From Planctomycetota bacterium (GTDB lineage Bacteria > Planctomycetota > UBA1135 > UBA2386): 64,000 nt of DNA. Position 1 is the first letter of the stretch, and each line of letters begins with the position of its first letter. Below the pieces are notes generated by a model that was given only the letters and a program-made list of their open reading frames with translations, did no database searches and was not told where the DNA came from. Made by a program: the position numbers and the translations under genes. The DNA lies in NCBI GenBank assembly GCA_965228735.1, contig OZ245838.1:4064001-4128000 (forward strand). The letters run 5' to 3'. Below are positions 36,577 through 46,353 of this stretch, piece by piece.

Positions 36577-37590
36577 TTAGACGAACTGCTCCGCGCCGCC
36601 GACCTTGATCTCGCCCTTGTCCATCATCTCCCGGATGATCTTGAGGATCTCCTGCTGGGCCTCGAGCACATCCGTGAGCGCGGTCGGACCGAGTGAGTCG
36701 CGTTCCTCGCGCACCATGTCGGCAGCGCGCTTGCTCAGGTTGCCGAGGACCGTCTCCTCCACCTGCGACGTCGTCGCCTTCAGCGCGACGGCGAGCTGAC
36801 GCGAGTCCACTGCGGCCAGGACCTTCTGAATCGACTTCTTGTCGAGTTTGCCGACATCGTCGAACGTGAACATCTCTTCCCGGATCGCTACGGCGATGCT
36901 CTCGTCCAGGGTCTCGATGCGTTCGAGCACGTCTTTCTCGCCACCACCGAGGTTGTTGAGCATCGAGGCAGCGGCCTTGATCCACGCGCCCGGCTCGGCT
37001 CGCAGCGACGTCAACCCGAGGTCCTTGACCTTGCGCCGCATCACTTCCAGAACCCGCTGGACGACTTCGCCCGGCGTTCGGTCGAGGGTCGCGACCCGGT
37101 GAACCACGTCAGCCCGCAGGTCCTCGCCCAGGTGCACGAGGACCTCCCCGGCCTTCTTGCGATCGAGGTGCGCGATGAAGACGGCAGCGATCTGGGGATG
37201 CTCTTCCGTCAACAGGCCCGCCAGGTCGGACGGCGTCAACGACTCGAACATCGCGAACGGCCGCTTGGCCAGGATGTCGCTGTTCGCCCGCCGCGAGACG
37301 TCGTCGCCCCGCTCCTCGCCGAACGCTCGCTTCAGGACCCCACTCATCAGGCCGTCGACGTCGCCGAGGCCGAGGCCTCCGCTCTGACGCATCAGCGTCG
37401 TCGAGCGCTCGAATACTTCGAGCATCGCGTCACGGTCGATCGTGATCTCCTGCAGCTCCTGCATCGCCCGGGTGATCTTCTCGACGGCGTCGTCACTGAT
37501 GCAACGCAGCACCTGCGCCGCCATCTCCTGATCGATGGACAGCAGCAGAACGGCGATTGCCTTGTCGGGAGACAGCGATGCGTCGGACAT
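36577..37590 (-). CDS. fliG: Flagellar motor switch protein FliG
   Basis: KAIAVLLLS, EEHPQIAA, MFTFDD, LAVALK, NLSKRAADMVREE. Confidence 0.95.
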   Translation of the reverse strand: MSDASLSPDKAIAVLLLSIDQEMAAQVLRCISDDAVEKITRAMQELQEITIDRDAMLEVFERSTTLMRQSGGLGLGDVDGLMSGVLKRAFGEERGDDVSRRANSDILAKRPFAMFESLTPSDLAGLLTEEHPQIAAVFIAHLDRKKAGEVLVHLGEDLRADVVHRVATLDRTPGEVVQRVLEVMRRKVKDLGLTSLRAEPGAWIKAAASMLNNLGGGEKDVLERIETLDESIAVAIREEMFTFDDVGKLDKKSIQKVLAAVDSRQLAVALKATTSQVEETVLGNLSKRAADMVREERDSLGPTALTDVLEAQQEILKIIREMMDKGEIKVGGAEQFV

Positions 37591-37596
37591 GGGGAC

Positions 37597-39111
37597 TCAG
37601 GCGCTCTGTTCGACCAACCAGGACTCGAGCAGACGCGCGAGCGCGGCCGGATCGCTCGCGATCGCGCGCTCGATCTCGCGGCGCATCTTGCGCTGCTGCT
37701 CCTCGGGGCTCAGATCCCGCTCCGGAACCTCTTCGGCGCCGGCAACACCGGCGCTCGGGGCCCCGGCCGCGCTGCGGCCACCGGAGCGCTTGAAGAGGCC
37801 TCGAAGGAAGAACAAGACGACGATCACGCCGAGGATCTGCCCGACCGTCGGTGCCCAGCGCGCTGCAACGTCGATGAAGCCGGTCTCCGAAGTGATCAGC
37901 TCGAGGGGTTCGACGGGCGCGAACTCACCCGGCATCACACTGAAGGACTCGTCGCTGTCGCGCTGGCTGTCCCAGCCGACCATCGTCTTCACGGATCGCG
38001 TGAGTTCGTCCTTGTTGAAGCCGTCGGCGTCTTCGAGCGAGCGATCGTAGACGAGCGCGACGCTCAGACGCCTGATCTCCGGCGCGTGTTTGCCGGAGCG
38101 GCGCTCGCCGATCTCGGTCACGAACTCGCGATCCTTGGTCTCGTCCTTGGTCGTGTTGGTCGTCACGGGATCGCCGACACCCGAGGTCGCCACGCCGACT
38201 GCGTTGGCATCGCCGCTGGATTGCTCCGACGTCTTCTTCGTCGACTTCTCCGATCGCAGGAGCTCTTCCTTGGGCAGCACCTTCTCGGAGATGACCTCCC
38301 ACGCCGGGTCGAGCTCCACGGTCACGGCCACCGACGTCTTGCCGGGCCACAGCTGATCGAGCAGCTCCTGCGCGCGGATGGTCTTCTCCCGCGCGATGTT
38401 CCGCTGCATCGCCATGAACTCGGACGACCCGCCGCCCGCTTCGCGATCGGGGTCGTAACGCCAGCGCGCGCCGCCCACCGCATTCGCGACGGTGACGTTC
38501 GGCAGCGGGATCCCGAGCTGCGACGCCGTCGCCGCTGCCGCCGTGTGCGCCGTCGCCTCGAACGGCGTACCCATGCGCAGCTTCAGCAGGACGGTCGCCG
38601 TCGGCTGATTGGCGCGCGCGGTGTCGACGAACGCACGCACGCGCCGGGCGGCCGCCGCCGTGATGTTCACGCCCGTGACACCCTCGATGTTGCGAACCGC
38701 GCTCTCGGCGCGCGCGATCGACGCGTTGGCGAGCTTCCAGGCCTTGGTCTGCGCGTCGTCGATGATCGACGATGCATCCAGTCCATCGTCCTTGGCCTCG
38801 GACATGAGCCCGGCCTCGCGCAACGCAACGGCAGCCATGCTGACATCGTCCGCGTCCACCATGAAGCTCATGCCGTCGGGGACGTAGGAGATGTTGTTGG
38901 ACTCGAGCGCGCGTCTCGCCGAAGCGAGTTCGTCGCTCGATGTGCCCGTGAACACCGTCCGGTAGCTCGGTTGGCCCGCGTACCAGACGATCGCGCCGAG
39001 ACCGACCACCGTCGCGAGCAGGACCGATGCGACGACGAGCCGCTGCCCGCCGTCGAGCCGAGCCCAGATGCCGCGGAGCTGCTGGGAGAAATCCGTGAAG
39101 AAGGCACGCAT
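37597..39111 (-). CDS. fliF: Flagellar MS-ring protein FliF
   Basis: Two TM helices, PTATVLL, IRRLSVALV, VGWDSQRD, C-terminal DP...ARLLESWL, located between fliE and fliG. Confidence 0.88.
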   Translation of the reverse strand: MRAFFTDFSQQLRGIWARLDGGQRLVVASVLLATVVGLGAIVWYAGQPSYRTVFTGTSSDELASARRALESNNISYVPDGMSFMVDADDVSMAAVALREAGLMSEAKDDGLDASSIIDDAQTKAWKLANASIARAESAVRNIEGVTGVNITAAAARRVRAFVDTARANQPTATVLLKLRMGTPFEATAHTAAAATASQLGIPLPNVTVANAVGGARWRYDPDREAGGGSSEFMAMQRNIAREKTIRAQELLDQLWPGKTSVAVTVELDPAWEVISEKVLPKEELLRSEKSTKKTSEQSSGDANAVGVATSGVGDPVTTNTTKDETKDREFVTEIGERRSGKHAPEIRRLSVALVYDRSLEDADGFNKDELTRSVKTMVGWDSQRDSDESFSVMPGEFAPVEPLELITSETGFIDVAARWAPTVGQILGVIVVLFFLRGLFKRSGGRSAAGAPSAGVAGAEEVPERDLSPEEQQRKMRREIERAIASDPAALARLLESWLVEQSA

Positions 39112-39114
39112 CGA

Positions 39115-39501
39115 TCAGACCGCCGACCTCGACAGCTTCTCCCAGGCCTCGACGAGCTTGTTGCGCACCTCGAGCATGAGGTTGAACGTCACCTCGCTCT
39201 TGTTGGCAGCGACCATGACGTCGTGGAGCTCGACGTCCTCACCCATGATGAGGCCCTTGTACTTCGCGTCGACGTCGTTCTGCATCTTGCGCAGCGCGCC
39301 GAGAGAGTCCGCGAGCGCCTTGCCGAACGTGCCCTGTTCCGCAGCAGCGTCGACGCCTTCGCCGAGCGGGCGGAACGGGTCCTGGCCGATCGCCATCGGC
39401 CCGGCGCCGTCACCGCCACTCGTGGGGCGCTCACCGCCGAGCGGTGCGCCCTTGTAGAACTTGTCGAACCCCGTCACTGGGGGCAGGTCGAAGCCGCTCA
39501 T
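39115..39501 (-). CDS. fliE: Flagellar hook-basal body protein FliE
   Basis: F...L...L, ELHDVMVA..KS..F.LMLEVRNKLVEAWE. Confidence 0.92.
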   Translation of the reverse strand: MSGFDLPPVTGFDKFYKGAPLGGERPTSGGDGAGPMAIGQDPFRPLGEGVDAAAEQGTFGKALADSLGALRKMQNDVDAKYKGLIMGEDVELHDVMVAANKSEVTFNLMLEVRNKLVEAWEKLSRSAV

Positions 39502-39570
39502 CGTCTCCTCACTCCGGGTTCACGCTTCGTTGGCGCTGTCGCGCCGAGGTATATGGACTGCGGGTGCCGT

Positions 39571-40011
39571 CTACTTGCCCATGTTGTCGATGATCTTCTG
39601 GAGCATCGCCTTGTAGGTGCGCATCGCCGCGAGGTTCGCGTCCACGCTGCGCGAGATCACCTGCATGTCGGCGAGTTCCTGGAACAGCTCGACATTGCTG
39701 CCGAGCACCATCCCCTTCTCGTCCGCGTCCGGGTGTCCCGGCTGATAGAACGCCGGGAACGGCGAGCTGTCGTCCACCACGTCGACGACCCTGGCGCCGC
39801 CGCTGAAGTCGGTGTCGCGACTGCTGATCTCGCCGTTGAGCACCTCTTCGAACACCGCGATCTTGCGCCGATAGGGCTCCTGCTGGGAGTTGCCCGTCCG
39901 GTGCATGTTGACGAGGTTCGACGACACGATCTCGGAGCGCGCCATCTCGGCGCGCAGCCCGGTAGCCGAGATGTCGAACCCCTGGAAGACTCCGCTCATT
40001 GCCCCGACCAT
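39571..40011 (-). CDS. flgC: Flagellar basal-body rod protein FlgC
   Basis: ISATGLRAE, SNLVN, PYRRK, YQPGHPDAD, NV...E..DM...SR...AN. Confidence 0.93.
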   Translation of the reverse strand: MVGAMSGVFQGFDISATGLRAEMARSEIVSSNLVNMHRTGNSQQEPYRRKIAVFEEVLNGEISSRDTDFSGGARVVDVVDDSSPFPAFYQPGHPDADEKGMVLGSNVELFQELADMQVISRSVDANLAAMRTYKAMLQKIIDNMGK

Positions 40012-40017
40012 GGCTCA

Positions 40018-40374
40018 TTACCTCCCGAAAACGGCCTTGTTGAGGTTCGACTTGTAGCCGCTCAGACGCTGCGTCATCAGATCGTGCAGCAACGCGGTCT
40101 TGCCCAGCAACGCCAGCTCGTCCATGAGCACGACGTTGTTCTGACCCTGCGGGCCGGAGTCGACACGAACGATCTCGTGTGACACGCGTCCGAGATCCTC
40201 GCCGGCACCCGCGCGCGCGCGCTCGGCCGTCAGCAGGTCCTCGAATCGAACCTCGAAGCGCTTGAAACCCGGCGTGTTCTGATTGGCGATGTTGTGCATC
40301 GCCATCTTGGTCCGCGCGGACAGCGCCCCGAGCACTTGTCGGGTGAACGCGGTGTCTTTATCGAAATCGATCAT
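40018..40374 (-). CDS. flgB: Flagellar basal-body rod protein FlgB
   Basis: HNIANQNTPGFKR..V.FE and GQNNV...E. Start set at MIDFD (40374). Confidence 0.9.
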   Translation of the reverse strand: MIDFDKDTAFTRQVLGALSARTKMAMHNIANQNTPGFKRFEVRFEDLLTAERARAGAGEDLGRVSHEIVRVDSGPQGQNNVVLMDELALLGKTALLHDLMTQRLSGYKSNLNKAVFGR

Positions 40375-40398
40375 TCTCTCTCTACCTGGGCAACGCCT

Positions 40399-40427
40399 GC
40401 ATCGGCAGTTCGCCGTGTCCGCCTTGA
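40399..40427 (-). promoter_or_regulatory. Possible sigma28-like promoter for flgB
   Basis: Minus strand TCAAG-N16-GCCGATGC; the spacer is 1-2 nt longer than consensus. A second GCCGATAC lies upstream of fliL at 32979-32986. Confidence 0.25.
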
Positions 40428-40514
40428 GACCGGCAGTTCGAGAGCCGCGACAATTCGGCAACCGCTGTCGAGAAATCCGACGCGCCCCCATCACGCGGTT
40501 ATGCTGCGTCGTTC

Positions 40515-41492
40515 ATGCCTGATTCCACCACGTCTCCGGAGCAGGAGGGTGATTTCGAGGTCTCACCGGACTTGCACGCCGATCTCGTCGCCTCGGTCCG
40601 CGACCTGTTGACGCAAGATCGGCCGGAGATCCCGCCACGCTTCCTCTACGACGAGCTCGGCTCGCGCCTGTTCGAGGTCATCACGGCCTTGCCGGACTAC
40701 TACCCGACGCGCACCGAAGCCGCGATCTGGCGCGATCACATCGCCGCGATCACGGCTGCCCGGCCCGTCGCCGGCTGCACGATGATCGATCTCGGCGCCG
40801 GCAATTGTCAGAAGGCCGCGTCGCTGTTCGATGCGGTCGAGCCCGCAGGCTACCTGGCAGTCGACGTCTCGGCCGACTTCCTCGAGGAAGCCCTCGCCCG
40901 GCTGCGGCTGAAGTTCCCGACCATCGAAATGATGGGCTACGGCGCCGACTTCTTCGAGAACCTCGAGCTGCCCGATATCCCGCAGGAGCGCCGCCTGTTC
41001 TTCTATCCCGGCTCGTCCATCGGCAACTTCACCCGCGACGGCGCGCTGCGCTTCCTCGAGTCCGTCCGCGCCCAGATGTGCGCCGACTCGACGCTGTGGA
41101 TCACCGCGGACCTCGACAAGGACCCAGCCGTGCTCGAGCGCGCGTACGACGACGAGCTCGGCGTCACGGCGGCGTTCAACAAGAACTCGCTCTATCACCT
41201 CAACGAGGTCGCCGGGACCGACTTCCGGCTCCCGGACTGGCAGCACGTCGCGTTCTACGACCGCGACAAGATGCGGATCGAGATGCACCTCGAGGCCGTC
41301 CGGGATGTCACCGTGTCGTGGCCCGGCGGCAGCCGCGAGTTCGAGAAGGGCAACCGGATGCACACCGAGAACTCGCACAAGAACACCGTCGCGACGTTCA
41401 ACGAGCTGCTGCAGCAGGCCGGGCTCCGGACGGTCCAGCACTGGACCGACGAACGCGACTGGGTCGGCTTCTTCGTCGCGGCGCCGGCGTGA
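40515..41492 (+). CDS. egtD: L-histidine N-alpha-trimethyltransferase (hercynine synthesis)
   Basis: YDELGSRLFE.IT.LPDYYPTRTE, DLGAG, FYPGSSIGNF, YDDELGVTAAFN, HTENSHK. Confidence 0.93.
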   Translation: MPDSTTSPEQEGDFEVSPDLHADLVASVRDLLTQDRPEIPPRFLYDELGSRLFEVITALPDYYPTRTEAAIWRDHIAAITAARPVAGCTMIDLGAGNCQKAASLFDAVEPAGYLAVDVSADFLEEALARLRLKFPTIEMMGYGADFFENLELPDIPQERRLFFYPGSSIGNFTRDGALRFLESVRAQMCADSTLWITADLDKDPAVLERAYDDELGVTAAFNKNSLYHLNEVAGTDFRLPDWQHVAFYDRDKMRIEMHLEAVRDVTVSWPGGSREFEKGNRMHTENSHKNTVATFNELLQQAGLRTVQHWTDERDWVGFFVAAPA

Positions 41493-42754
41493 GCAAGGGG
41501 CGCGAGCGCTCCCGCACCGGCGGGTCGCCGCGCGGGCTGCGCGGCGAGGCGCTCGTCCTCGCCCTGCGAGCGGCGCGCGAGCGCACGCTGGCGGCCGTGA
41601 ACGACCTCGACGACGCGCAGTGGCGCGTGCCGTTCGACCCCGGCATCCAGCCCGTGGCGTGGGACCTAGCGCACGTCGGCTGGTTCGCCGAGTTCTGGAT
41701 GCTCCGCGGGCCGCACCGAATCGCGCACGACGGCATCGTCCGCGCCGACCGCGGTGCGCGGCTCTTGCCGCCCGACGAGCACTATGACTCCGCGCAGATC
41801 GACCACCGCGACCGCTGGCAGATCGCGCTCTATCCCCGCGCGACGCTCCTCGAACGCCTCGCCGATCAGCTCGAGGCGTGCTGCCAACATGCACGATCAA
41901 CAACTGGCGGCGACGAACTGTGGAGTGCACGCATGAGCCTCTACCACGAGTGCATGCACCACGAGGCGTTGCTCTGGACGCGCGATCGCCTCGGTTACCC
42001 GGCAGTCGATGGCTACGCGATGCCGGCGCGGCCATCCCGAGGTGGCGACGACCGCGGGCTCCCCCTCGATGGCGGCGTGCAGGAACTCGGTCGCGACCCC
42101 GCGCACGAGTTCGCGTTCGACAACGAACAGCCACTCTCACGCCATCGCATCGCCCCGTTCCGCATCGACCGCACGCTCGTGACCAACGGTCAGTTCCTCG
42201 AGTTCGTCACTGCTGGCGGCTACCGCGAACCGCGCTACTGGATGGGCCCGGCCGCGACCTACCGCGCGCGCATCGAGCGCGAGCACCCGGAGCGTTGGCG
42301 CCGGGCCGGCGGCCAGCAGGACGGCAACGAGTTCGAACACCGCTGGTTCGCCGAATGGCGCCCGCTCGCGCTCGACGAGCCGATCTGCCACCTCAGCGCG
42401 TTCGAGGCCGAAGCCTACTGCGCGTTCCGTGGCCGCCGCCTGCCGAGCGCGGCCGAATGGGAACACGCGGCCGCGGTCACGGCGAACACCGAGAACACCG
42501 CGCACGGGGCGAGCGCGGACTTCGATTGGGGTGGCACGGTGTGGGAGTGGACGTCGACCCCGTTCGCGCCGTATCCGTTCTTTCGGCCTGGTCCGTACAC
42601 GACCTACTCCGCGCCGTGGTTCGGGAGCCAGCGCGAGACCCGCGGCGGCGCGTTCGCAACCGACCCGCTGCTCCACGACCGCGCCTACCGCAACTTCTTC
42701 CTGCCGTTTCGCACCGACGTCTTCACCGGCTTTCGCACGGCAGTGGACGGGTAA
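41489..42754 (+). CDS. EgtB-superfamily non-heme iron enzyme (DinB_2 + FGE-sulfatase domains), SenA-like
   Basis: GTGA overlap with egtD. WDLAHVGWF, HECMHHEA (HxxxH iron ligands), FAFDNEQP, RLPSAAEWE, VWEWT, YRNFF...FTGFRT. Confidence 0.85.
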   Translation: MSKGRERSRTGGSPRGLRGEALVLALRAARERTLAAVNDLDDAQWRVPFDPGIQPVAWDLAHVGWFAEFWMLRGPHRIAHDGIVRADRGARLLPPDEHYDSAQIDHRDRWQIALYPRATLLERLADQLEACCQHARSTTGGDELWSARMSLYHECMHHEALLWTRDRLGYPAVDGYAMPARPSRGGDDRGLPLDGGVQELGRDPAHEFAFDNEQPLSRHRIAPFRIDRTLVTNGQFLEFVTAGGYREPRYWMGPAATYRARIEREHPERWRRAGGQQDGNEFEHRWFAEWRPLALDEPICHLSAFEAEAYCAFRGRRLPSAAEWEHAAAVTANTENTAHGASADFDWGGTVWEWTSTPFAPYPFFRPGPYTTYSAPWFGSQRETRGGAFATDPLLHDRAYRNFFLPFRTDVFTGFRTAVDG

Positions 42755-42775
42755 CGCGGAGGTCCAACGCGCCCG

Positions 42776-45055
42776 CTACGCGGGCAGCGGCAGAGGCTGC
42801 GGCGCACCGGCGGAAACCGGCAACCCGACCGCCGATGCCGGCGCCGACGCGGCCACGAGGGGCACGATGGGTTCGCTGCACTCCCGACCCTGCGCCGACA
42901 GACAACCCGCGAGCCGTTCGATGGCGGCTGCAGCGTCACTCCACCGGAACCGCTCGCGCACGGCAGCCGCGTTCGACTGCGCCGTCGCAGTTCGCGCCGG
43001 CAGGTCGCGCAGCGTCTCGACGAGCAACCGAGCCGCCGCATCGGGGTCGGGCTCGAGCACCCAGGGCGTGCCCACGTGCGAGCCGGGCAACTCGAGCTCA
43101 CGACGGGTCGCCGGGATCGGCCACGCGCCAGGCACTTCGAGCATCGCATCCGCGCCGCCACCGGACGTCGTGATCACCGGCAGACCGACCACTCGAGCCT
43201 CGAGGACGGGCAGCCCGAAGCCCTCACCGCGATACGGATGCAGCAACACGTCGCAGGCGCGGTAGAGCCCGGCGAGCTCCCGCCGCGCGAGCGGTGCGTC
43301 GACGACGTGCAGCGGCGGTGTTCCCGCGGTGTCGCGGAACCGCTCGATCAAGTCGCCGAGATGGAACTGACCGTAGTGCCGATCGCGACCGACCGACTTC
43401 ACGACGACGACGAAGTCGAGCCCCGCGGCGCGCGCCGCGAGCACGGTGCGCATGAACACGTCGAAGCCCTTGCGCCACACGAGCCCGCCGCAGAACAGCA
43501 CCGCGGGCCGGTCCCCCTTCCATTGGACCAGGTCAGCAGCCGGCGCGACGTTCTGGTGCATCACTTCGTCGACGCCGTGCGGCACGAGCGCGATCGTCGC
43601 CGGATCCCGCCCGGCAGCAGCAACGCAATCGCGAACGTGCGCGCTGTGCACGACCACGACGTCGGCGTCCTGCGTCACGTGCGGCGTGAGATCGACCGGC
43701 AACGCGCCGTATTCCCAATCGACGCGCAAACCGAACACGCGACAGTCGGGGCGGTCGACGCGCGGCGGCCAGCCGGCCGCGAGCCACAGGTCGGCGCGGC
43801 CCGGCTGCCGCGACAGGCACGACTCGAGTTCGGGAGCACGCCGCCGGAACGCCGCGAGCCCGTGCTCGAACGGCCCCCGCGGCACCAGCCGCAGATCGAC
43901 GTTGCCGCGTTGCTGCAGCGCCCGCGCGGTCTCGATCGTGAGTTCGGCGCTCGACGAGGTCTCGAAGAACGGTGCCTCGAGCACGACGACCGGTCTCGTA
44001 TCACCGAGCGCCCGCGGCACCGCCGGCGCCGGTGCCGGTCGCCCGCGAACGAAGTTCTCCACGACGTGCCGCCGCCCGCGATCGCCGACCATCGCGCCGC
44101 CGCGCCCGAACGCCGCTTCCACGGCCGCGATCAGCGCATCGACATCGGGCTCGAAGCGGTCGCCGGTTCGCGTGCCACCGATCCGGCTCGCGACACCCGG
44201 CACCGCGATGGCCGGGGCGGCCGATGGGCTCGCGCTCACGCATACCGGGCGGCCGCTCGCGAGCCACTGGATGAGTTCTTCGGCCGCGGGCACGGCGCGC
44301 GCGGGCACCAGGATCGCAGCCGCGTCGACGCAGTGCTCGGGCCCGAATCGACCGCGGACGATGTCGACCTTGCCGGGCGACAGCCGGGCCCGCTGCAGCA
44401 GTTGCGCCGCCCGTTCGCCCGCCACTCCGAGGTCGACGGCGTCCTCCGGCCAGACGATGCGCAGCCTACGATCCGCTCGCGCGAGCCCCGCCGCCCATGC
44501 CGCCAGCACGAGATCGGTGCCGCCGCGGTCCACGTCATACGCCGAATGAACGATCGTGTCGCGCGGGCCGTCGCTCGGAATCGCGAGCCACGGCGCTATC
44601 CGCGCCTCACTGGCGGCGCCCGCGGGCGCGTCGTTGCCGCCCCAGCGCAGCTCGCCGAGCACCCGGTCCAGCACATCGACGGGCGCCCGGCTCGGCGCGG
44701 CCGCGAGCACGACACAGGCCCGGGGCCACTCGAGGCCAGCGAGGCGCGTGGCGTCGTCGAGGACGGACTCCGCCCCGAACACCACGAGCGGCGCGGTGCT
44801 CGCCACCGGCGTATCCGCCGCGCGCATGAGCAGCTGGATCTCGGCTGCCGGCAGGCGGGTGCCCACCTCGAGGTCGCGCACACCGTCCGTCAGCGGAATC
44901 GCGGTCTCACCCGCGAGCGGCGGCCGCGTCCGCACCGCGCCGAGCGCCAGCGAACACTGCAGCCCAGAGCCGTTCGCCAGACGCAGGAAGGTGCGCAGGA
45001 GGTTCGCCGCCGCATCCTCCCCGAAGGGATCGCCGTAGATGCGAACGTGGCTCAT
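42776..45055 (-). CDS. Glycosyltransferase family 4 (GT-B) with a degenerate N-terminal GT-like module
   Basis: VPHGVD, RKGFD, HPYRGEGFGLPVLEA...GLPVITT, FRWS..A in the C-terminal half. Confidence 0.85.
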   Translation of the reverse strand: MSHVRIYGDPFGEDAAANLLRTFLRLANGSGLQCSLALGAVRTRPPLAGETAIPLTDGVRDLEVGTRLPAAEIQLLMRAADTPVASTAPLVVFGAESVLDDATRLAGLEWPRACVVLAAAPSRAPVDVLDRVLGELRWGGNDAPAGAASEARIAPWLAIPSDGPRDTIVHSAYDVDRGGTDLVLAAWAAGLARADRRLRIVWPEDAVDLGVAGERAAQLLQRARLSPGKVDIVRGRFGPEHCVDAAAILVPARAVPAAEELIQWLASGRPVCVSASPSAAPAIAVPGVASRIGGTRTGDRFEPDVDALIAAVEAAFGRGGAMVGDRGRRHVVENFVRGRPAPAPAVPRALGDTRPVVVLEAPFFETSSSAELTIETARALQQRGNVDLRLVPRGPFEHGLAAFRRRAPELESCLSRQPGRADLWLAAGWPPRVDRPDCRVFGLRVDWEYGALPVDLTPHVTQDADVVVVHSAHVRDCVAAAGRDPATIALVPHGVDEVMHQNVAPAADLVQWKGDRPAVLFCGGLVWRKGFDVFMRTVLAARAAGLDFVVVVKSVGRDRHYGQFHLGDLIERFRDTAGTPPLHVVDAPLARRELAGLYRACDVLLHPYRGEGFGLPVLEARVVGLPVITTSGGGADAMLEVPGAWPIPATRRELELPGSHVGTPWVLEPDPDAAARLLVETLRDLPARTATAQSNAAAVRERFRWSDAAAAIERLAGCLSAQGRECSEPIVPLVAASAPASAVGLPVSAGAPQPLPLPA

Positions 45056-45383
45056 CGCGCCGTGTCATCGGTGGTTTCCCGACCCGAACATGATCCGAAT
45101 TCGCCGGGCCGGGACCCCGGCGACTCCCCCGGCCACGGCAGGCCCCGCAAGGTGTTTCGCGGCCGGCACTTGGCGCGCGCCCGGCGGCCCCGTGCACACT
45201 CAATGCACCAGCTACTGGCGTGGGACCGGCGCAGTGGCAAGATCGCGGGCAATGCCCCCTGAGCCGCGCTCCCACCCCGACCGCCGCGCCGCGACGCTGG
45301 CGACCGCTGAGTCGGCGGATCCGCGACCGGCACCGGAGAACGGTGCGTTCCTGGTGCCAGGGCCCGGCGCCCGCGACTGCCGC

Positions 45384-46235
45384 ATGGACCTCAAGCTGCT
45401 GATGTGGCGCGCGCGCGCCGCGGCACAACGGTCGCAGGCCGCGGCGCAACATCTCGACCGCTTCGATCCGAAGACCCGGCCCGACCTCTGGGCCGGCACG
45501 GTGCAGGACGGGACGGCGCGCGGCTTCGCCGCGGCGCTCGAGGAGGCGATCGATCTGGCCGGGGCACCACCGGCCCCCGAACCGGCCGAGCCCGGCGGTC
45601 CGCTCGCGAATCCCGAACAGCCCGTCCAGGAGTTCACCGGCCGCGAGCTCCGCCGGAAGAAGGATCTCCTCGTCGCGAGCGGCGGTCCGCGGGTGCGGTT
45701 CTCGCGCCGCGAGGGCCTGCTGTTCGTCGACCGTTCGAGCGCCACCAACTCGCCGAACTGTCTGCGGTTCGAAGCCCGCCGGGATCACGGCACGCTCGAC
45801 GACTTCGTCGCCGACGCCGACGAACGGCCGCGGCTGTTCTCGGCCCAGTTCCTGCAACCGGTGCGTTACTGCGCTGGCCCGGGCGGCACCCGGCTCGAAC
45901 TCGGCGGCCGGCTCGGCCGCGGGCCCGTCGGCTGGCCCATGACGCTGACGATCGCCGGGGCACCGACCAACGCCGAACTGCGCCTGACCCTCCGCATCGA
46001 GACGTGCCCGCCGGACTGGCGCCTGCGCGCCCGCTTTCTCGGACTGCGGCCAGAACACCTCGTCCACGAGTGCGAAGACGTGCGCGACGTGGTGCAGAGT
46101 GACGCGGGCGGGTTCGTCGCGTTCACGTTGGCACGGCCGAGCGCTGCGTTGCTGGTCGACGGCGAACCGGTCGCGGTCCCGGCCGCGGCGCGACTCGGAC
46201 CGCTGGTGCACGACTTCGTGCTGCGATCAGGATGA
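45384..46235 (+). CDS. Hypothetical protein, weak resemblance to the GH38 alpha-mannosidase C-terminal beta domain
   Basis: Coding-like codon bias from MDLKL. Motifs LRFEARRDHG, DWRLRARF, AFTLAR. Start uncertain. Confidence 0.45.
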   Translation: MDLKLLMWRARAAAQRSQAAAQHLDRFDPKTRPDLWAGTVQDGTARGFAAALEEAIDLAGAPPAPEPAEPGGPLANPEQPVQEFTGRELRRKKDLLVASGGPRVRFSRREGLLFVDRSSATNSPNCLRFEARRDHGTLDDFVADADERPRLFSAQFLQPVRYCAGPGGTRLELGGRLGRGPVGWPMTLTIAGAPTNAELRLTLRIETCPPDWRLRARFLGLRPEHLVHECEDVRDVVQSDAGGFVAFTLARPSAALLVDGEPVAVPAAARLGPLVHDFVLRSG

Positions 46236-46353
46236 CGGGCGGCAAGCCTGCCAGGCGCCACGCCCGTCGGAGAGCGCACCCGGCAACGTGAACCCGATTC
46301 GCTACGGATCGGTTTCGGTAGGGCCGGTTCGGTACGGGCCGGCTCGATGCGGT

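Noticed and set aside
34661..39111. Injectisome (non-flagellar T3SS) interpretation
   Set aside because: FlgB, FlgC, FliE, FliG, FliL and FliM with a CheY-binding peptide are flagellum-specific, and no secretin or needle gene is present.
42776..45055. GT4 as SenB selenosugar synthase
   Set aside because: It is about twice the expected size, convergent rather than co-operonic, and I see no SenB-like N-terminal motif.
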